Positions 60,201 to 64,000 of a DNA stretch of 64,000 nt are shown one piece after another. Source of the stretch: Candidatus Sumerlaeia bacterium (GTDB lineage: Bacteria > Sumerlaeota > Sumerlaeia > JADFCW01). A program made the position numbers and the translations under genes. Position 1 is the stretch's first letter. The number at the start of each line of letters is the position of its first letter. Location of the stretch: NCBI GenBank assembly GCA_026415575.1, contig JAOAGV010000001.1:49399-113398 (forward strand), in the 5' to 3' direction. A model generated the notes under the pieces. It was not told where the DNA came from. It saw only the letters and a list, made by a program, of their open reading frames with translations, and did no database searches.

Positions 60201-60630
60201 CGAGGATTACGAATATTTCTGGCTCCTGCGCGATCTGCTTGAAAAAAGCCGCACAACCGTCCCGCCTGCGAAAGAAAGTAGCACAACCATCCCGCCAGTG
60301 CCAGCAGGCCGCGCTGCCGTGATGGACCGCCGGCGGCCCGCCGGTGCTTTTGCTTCCTCCACCAGTACCCTTGGGACTTCCGACAGCCACGCTGCCGCTT
60401 TATCCAATCCGCGAAACTCAAAACCCGAAACCGACTCCTCAATCCAAAATCCAAAATCGAACATCCAAAATCCCCAACTCGCCCGCGCCCGGGAACTCCT
60501 TTCCATCCCCGACTCCATTACGCGCAACCAGACCCATTTCACCAAGGACCCGCTGGACCTCTATCGCTATCGGGAGGAAGTGGCAAAGGCGATTGAAGCC
60601 CTGATCCAGCAGGGATACACGGGCGATTGA
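57283..60630 (+). CDS. large secreted protein: N-terminal CBM-like domain + DUF4091 (GH123-like glycoside hydrolase-type) domain
   Basis: The N-terminal 330 aa parallel 56155..57162 motif by motif. The C-terminus has AYIYWFDEP and SIRWEMLREGIEDYEYFWLL, the DUF4091 hallmarks. Confidence 0.7.
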   Translation: MRRRVAGWFVVALLLVRLAQGNMSIPNPSFEDGTTAPLGWRLSGGVGQWENEGRTGGRCVSVTGDRKSSNFWSCPVPFEPGKIYKVEFWTKSSPDAAGGNVIAAGSLCNFDFPHAREWTRRSMVFRVPDRSDRPVLRLGHWQAKGKVWFDDVKVAEVRAVEANFLEPPGFRIPLAEGEQLSRTQYVFVAPLKQRMNWARPLMACSAGFNSNRWLLDDDAEIVFRHDGISAVSRDNPDDVTQSPLIHKRVEVDVGYHVSGRCAVEASSDGKDWTLLGTLEGVKTAEFPLPKSLDAAAHVWIRLSGRRNDGDNRPCSMQIHGYRFSATLAGLDLESRRKSIDSALAPFPQREHSPTRTGATFIVQESRHWPEQDAAGKAAPPGRLVHVGAPVLGGRNPVDFLINTSRYRFVAILSVDGKEQTYPSPKDVAYDAGRPGEHQAKVVLLDAATSKPLYEASWDYRIPSLYDSGFGYAVQSGENCDLWWAEAPYKISRQCPPPQAHQPIAISAAKGEYEPFQLILSPKRNLMRVSVKVLALQSDKGAKIPADAITVCRVGYVFVSSPTDEIGCAGDWPDPLPPCDKPFDLRASDGNQPLWITVRVPRDAAAGDYRGAIELSAEGGWKASVPFTLHVWDFEIPRENHLKTAFGFSTGNVRRYHNLKTEEEWRQVVDLYFKNFAEHRISPYDFAPFDPIEVRFPEDPSGTVKLDFTRFDRQAEKYLGPDYRFTTFRLPLSGMGGGTFHSRQTGRIGRFEQGSPEYERLFASYVKQLESHLREKGWLDKAYIYWFDEPNPKDYEFVRNGMERIHRAAPGLRRMLTEQPEKELDGAVDIWCPLTPHVTPELVAREAEKGREMWWYICTGPKGPYCTLFIDHPAIEFRMWSWQTWKTGVKGLLIWQSNYWTSDAAYPPPQFQNPWEDPMSYVSGYGTPRGTKKHWGNGDGRFLYPPNRDPMNDKSTYLTGPVNSIRWEMLREGIEDYEYFWLLRDLLEKSRTTVPPAKESSTTIPPVPAGRAAVMDRRRPAGAFASSTSTLGTSDSHAAALSNPRNSKPETDSSIQNPKSNIQNPQLARARELLSIPDSITRNQTHFTKDPLDLYRYREEVAKAIEALIQQGYTGD

Positions 60631-61013
60631 CGGTTTAATCACACCGCAATACACAAATACCAACCTAAAGCGGAAGTCCGACCACCGACCGACCAAATCT
60701 TCTATAATGGCATTGCCATAATACGGGAGTACCATCTATGCACGGGCGCGATTTTGCGGCCCTTTGCATTTACATCGCTCGGCGCAGATGCTCGAGCGCA
60801 GAGTAATGTTCCCCGCGAGGTCACAGGCAAAGCGGCAGCACGGCTGCCCACGGTCCAAAGTGAAAAAGAAGTTGCCGCCCTGCGCTATGCCCTTTATGTT
60901 TGCGGCCAGTGATTGGAAAAGGTGCGCGGCAGGAGAGTCGCGCCGAGGGACTTGCTGTATTCCTGTGCCTCTGTGGTGAAAAAAACTCTGATCGAAGGGA
61001 GAAAAAAGTCGTT

Positions 61014-63530
61014 ATGTCGAGCCAGATCATCATGACCGTGCATCGAGGGTCCAAGCATCCGAAGTTCGCGTACGTTCTGATTTCTGTATTGCTTGCGGTT
61101 TGCGCACCGCCGGTGTCGGCAGCTGTGCAATCGCTGACGCCGGACGACTCGCCCGCGCAGCCGGGAGAGTGGGGATTCCGGCCATTCGAGGGAAGTGCGA
61201 CAGAGGTCAATCCGCCGGCGTTTTGCTGGCGGCCACAGAAAGGCGCGGCGACGTATATACTGGAATGTTCGCCGACGTCGGATTTCTCGCAAGAAGGTTC
61301 GGCAGGAGCCTCACCTTCCCCGACCTTCTATCGCGCTGAAAAGATTTGGTTGAACGTCCACTGCCCGCCGCGGGCTTTCAAACCGGGCACCTATTACTGG
61401 CGCTATGCGTTTGTGGATGAGAAGGGGCAGCGGTCGGCGTGGAGCAAAGTGCGGTCCTTCACAATTCCCGAAACGGCGGCTGAGTTTCCCATGCCGCCGA
61501 TGGACGAACTCATCGCGCGCATTCCAAAAGAGCACCCCCGTCTTTTCCTGCGACCCGAAGACCTCGCCCGGCTCAAAAAAGACATCGAAGGGCCGCTCAA
61601 AGAGCGCTGGGCGGCATTGCGCAAGGAGGCCGACCGGTTGGCGGCCAATCCCCCGCCGTCGGACGAGCCGCTGAAATATGAACCGGGCTGGAAGCGCGGT
61701 AGCGAGGAGTGGCTGGCGCGCTGGTGGGGCAACCGCGAGAAGGTCATCCGCACGCTGAACGGCGCGGCGACGCTTGCGTTTGTCTATATGCTGACGGGCG
61801 AGAAAAAATACGGCGAAGTGGCGCGAAAGCTGATGCTCGATGCCGCCGCGTGGGACCCCAAAGGTTCGACCAATCACTACTACAACGACGAGGCCTCGAT
61901 GCCGGTGGTTTATTACATGTCGCGCGCTTATACTTGGGGCTATGGAGCGCTGAGCGAGGCCGACCGGGAAAAAATCCGCGCTTCGATGAAAATCCGCGGC
62001 CAGGACATCTTCAGCCACCTTCGGCGCTCGCCACACACGTGGCGGCCCTACGACAGCCATCACAACCGCGCGTGGCACAAATTGGGCGAACTGGCCATCG
62101 CCTTTATGGGCGAGATTGACGAATGCCCGATATGGTTGGAGCACACAGTCAACACGTTCTTCTGCTGCTATCCGGTGTGGTCGGACGATGACGGCGGCTG
62201 GCACGAGGGAACATCGTATTGGAGCAGCTATCAGTACCGCCACACGTGGTGGCTCGACGTGATGAAGTCGGCCCTCGGCATTGATGGCTTTAAGAAACCG
62301 TTCTTCCATCGCGCCGGCTATTTTCCGCTCTATGCGATGCCGCCCGGAACCGAGTGTGGCGGATTCGGCGATCTGGCGCTCGAACGGACGCCCCGCTCGC
62401 ACGGAGGGCTCATGGCCATTTTTGCCCGCGGAGCACAGAACGGGCACTGGCAATGGTATGCCGACCAGGTGGGCGGCGAGATCGAGTCGGGCTACTTGGG
62501 CCTGCTGAGGGCACAGCGGCCGGCGCCAACGCCGCAGCCGCCGACCGATCTGCCTTCGTCAAAAGTCTTTCGCGGCACCGGTGTGGCCATGCTCCATACC
62601 AACCTGCTGGATGCGACAAAGGATGTTCAGGTGTTTTTCAAGAGCAGCCCCATGGGTTCGCAGAGCCACGGTTTCGAGGCGCAGAACTCCTTCATCCTTG
62701 CGGTCTATGGCAAGCCGCTGCTGATTTCGAGCGGGCGGCGCGACTGGCACGGCAGCCCGCACCACACACAGTGGATGTGGGAGACCAAGTCGCAGAATAA
62801 CATTTTGGTGAACGGCAAGGGTCAGATCAAGCACACGCGGACGGAAGTCGGCGGCAGGATCACCGCCTTTTACACCAGCAGGGAGTTTGACTATGTGGTG
62901 GGCGACGCCAGCGAGACCTACGGCGAGGCGATCAAACGTTACACGCGAACGATTCTCTTCGCAAAACCCGATGTGATTTTGATTTACGACCAACTGGTTG
63001 CGGCAAAACCCTCAACATTTTCGTGGCTGCTTCATGCCGTCGAGGCAATGAAATTCAAGGATCAGTCGGAGATTATCGCATCGAATGGTGCCAGTCGCGC
63101 GCGGGTCAGCATCCTGCAACCAACCGGCTTGAAGCTGTCGCAGCATGACAAGTTTGATCCGCCGCCGCAGAAGTGGCGCGGATGGAAACAGTACCACTTC
63201 GCTGCCGAAACGACGGAGCCGCAGGAGGCCGTCCAGTTCATCACGGTCATCCGGCCCTATAGCATTAAAGCCGGTGGGGCGGCCGGGGATAAGAGTGCCC
63301 TGCCCGCCACCGGCGAGGCGGTAAAAAAAGTGCCGAACGGCTGGTTGTGCGAGATCAAGGGCGAAAAGGGCACCACGGTGGAGGTGCTTTTGCGCGCCGG
63401 CGAGACGGGTGGGCCTGTTTCGACCGATTCGTGGAAAAGCGACAGCAATTGCGCCGGGCGGCGGTTGGATGCCGGCGGAAGAGTCCTTGCCACATTTACC
63501 GCTACAAAGGCGCTTCTGGCAGGCAAGTAG
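61014..63530 (+). CDS. heparinase II/III-like (DUF4962 + Hepar_II_III) polysaccharide lyase-like protein, secreted
   Basis: Signal peptide. An alpha/alpha toroid region (WDPKGSTNHYYNDE, RAWHKLGE), then a beta-sandwich C-terminus. Start at the MSSQII ATG at 61014 (AAGGGAGA RBS). Confidence 0.7.
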   Translation: MSSQIIMTVHRGSKHPKFAYVLISVLLAVCAPPVSAAVQSLTPDDSPAQPGEWGFRPFEGSATEVNPPAFCWRPQKGAATYILECSPTSDFSQEGSAGASPSPTFYRAEKIWLNVHCPPRAFKPGTYYWRYAFVDEKGQRSAWSKVRSFTIPETAAEFPMPPMDELIARIPKEHPRLFLRPEDLARLKKDIEGPLKERWAALRKEADRLAANPPPSDEPLKYEPGWKRGSEEWLARWWGNREKVIRTLNGAATLAFVYMLTGEKKYGEVARKLMLDAAAWDPKGSTNHYYNDEASMPVVYYMSRAYTWGYGALSEADREKIRASMKIRGQDIFSHLRRSPHTWRPYDSHHNRAWHKLGELAIAFMGEIDECPIWLEHTVNTFFCCYPVWSDDDGGWHEGTSYWSSYQYRHTWWLDVMKSALGIDGFKKPFFHRAGYFPLYAMPPGTECGGFGDLALERTPRSHGGLMAIFARGAQNGHWQWYADQVGGEIESGYLGLLRAQRPAPTPQPPTDLPSSKVFRGTGVAMLHTNLLDATKDVQVFFKSSPMGSQSHGFEAQNSFILAVYGKPLLISSGRRDWHGSPHHTQWMWETKSQNNILVNGKGQIKHTRTEVGGRITAFYTSREFDYVVGDASETYGEAIKRYTRTILFAKPDVILIYDQLVAAKPSTFSWLLHAVEAMKFKDQSEIIASNGASRARVSILQPTGLKLSQHDKFDPPPQKWRGWKQYHFAAETTEPQEAVQFITVIRPYSIKAGGAAGDKSALPATGEAVKKVPNGWLCEIKGEKGTTVEVLLRAGETGGPVSTDSWKSDSNCAGRRLDAGGRVLATFTATKALLAGK

Positions 63531-63534
63531 GAGT

Positions 63535-63801
63535 TTATTCAACCGGGTTTAATTCGACGGTTTTCCCGTTGGTCCACAGTTCATATTCGCTCAGGTCCAA
63601 ATCATCGTTCCATGAGATTCCGTAGCCGCCCGGATCCACGCGCACAGCTTTAAAAAAGCCGGGGTCTTTCAGCAAATGGAATTGTGGTAGGTGCAAAAGA
63701 GCTTCACAATTATAATATCTTTCTACTCCATTCTCAAAATACACGCGCAATTTAAAAGGGGGCACCGCCTCGACTCTTTTAATTCGTGGGATTCGGTCCA
63801 T
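63535..63801 (-). CDS. DUF2442 domain protein
   Basis: IKRVEAVPPFKLRVYFENGVERYYNCEALLHLPQFHLLKDPGFFKAVRVDPGGYGISWNDDLDLSEYELW is the DUF2442 pattern. An alternative start at 63867 is immediately after the upstream gene stop. Confidence 0.6.
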   Translation of the reverse strand: MDRIPRIKRVEAVPPFKLRVYFENGVERYYNCEALLHLPQFHLLKDPGFFKAVRVDPGGYGISWNDDLDLSEYELWTNGKTVELNPVE

Positions 63802-63868
63802 GAGTTGTTTACTCCAATCCCGGCAGTTGCCGAAATTCTTGTCGCGTCCACATGTCAAGAATCTCACG

Positions 63869-64000
63869 TTAATATTGGCCAGCCCATTCTTTTACCAATC
63901 GTTGAGCGCGGATCGGAAGATCACCTTCCAGCATCTCCAAAGTCTCGATGGCAAACACTCCGTTGAATTCGTTGTATATGGCATGAAAATGTGGAACGCC
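63869..64000 (-). CDS. DUF4160 domain protein, partial (N-terminus beyond window)
   Basis: The reverse translation HFHAIYNEFNGVFAIETLEMLEGDLPIRAQRLVKEWAGQY* is the DUF4160 C-terminal pattern. It lies in an AT-rich segment. Confidence 0.5.
   Translation of the reverse strand, partial: GVPHFHAIYNEFNGVFAIETLEMLEGDLPIRAQRLVKEWAGQY

Overview
The window is a high-GC (roughly 60-65%) bacterial chromosomal segment, densely coding on both strands, with about 60 supportable features. Gene content, described from motifs alone:
- Left edge: a partial S8 subtilisin-like peptidase and a tandem-REC response regulator.
- A purF-purM-purN purine operon with a lower-GC hicBA toxin-antitoxin pair inserted between purM and purN.
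- Many secreted or TAT-exported sugar-catabolic proteins: four Gfo/Idh/MocA oxidoreductases, an S1 sulfatase with the C-x-P-x-R motif, a PL6-type beta-helix lyase, a heparinase II/III-like protein, a DUF4091 protein, two CBM-like paralogs, an enolase-superfamily enzyme, an MFS transporter and a UroD-family protein.
- A gap-tpiA-pfk glycolytic cluster.
- A PerR/Fur - rubrerythrin - ferritin-like - permease/HMA oxidative-stress cluster.
- An NfeD-NfeD-FloA membrane-raft operon followed by hslU with no hslV.
- A B12-binding radical SAM protein next to a GT39/ArnT-like glycosyltransferase.
- tRNA-Tyr at 18821..18908.
The prepilin-type N-terminal protein, the sulfatase and lyases, and the TAT-signal Gfo/Idh/MocA proteins suggest a PVC-superphylum-like polysaccharide degrader. 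That is inference only.

The most unusual segments are:
1. A low-GC (about 42-50%) island at 25.8-28.4 kb. It carries an SPPY-type (probable N4-cytosine) DNA methyltransferase fused to a C-terminal SNase-like domain whose canonical metal-binding motif looks degenerate. Next to it is a PUA/EVE-like ORF that lies in the same frame as a downstream HNH nuclease ORF, separated only by TGA and TAA stops. This looks like a disrupted modification-dependent (Type IV-like) EVE-HNH restriction gene.
2. Two tandem paralogous secretin-family genes at 5.27-8.76 kb, behind an AT-rich leader, with no T2SS, T4P or T3SS partners nearby.
3. A roughly 146-bp MITE-like element with about 30-bp terminal inverted repeats (core TTTGGACTGCGGCAGCC...GGCTGCCGCAGTCCAAA) at three intergenic loci. 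One locus is a composite of one full copy plus two extra half-copies.

All functional calls rest on recognisable motifs read by eye. No database search was possible, so family assignments are provisional.
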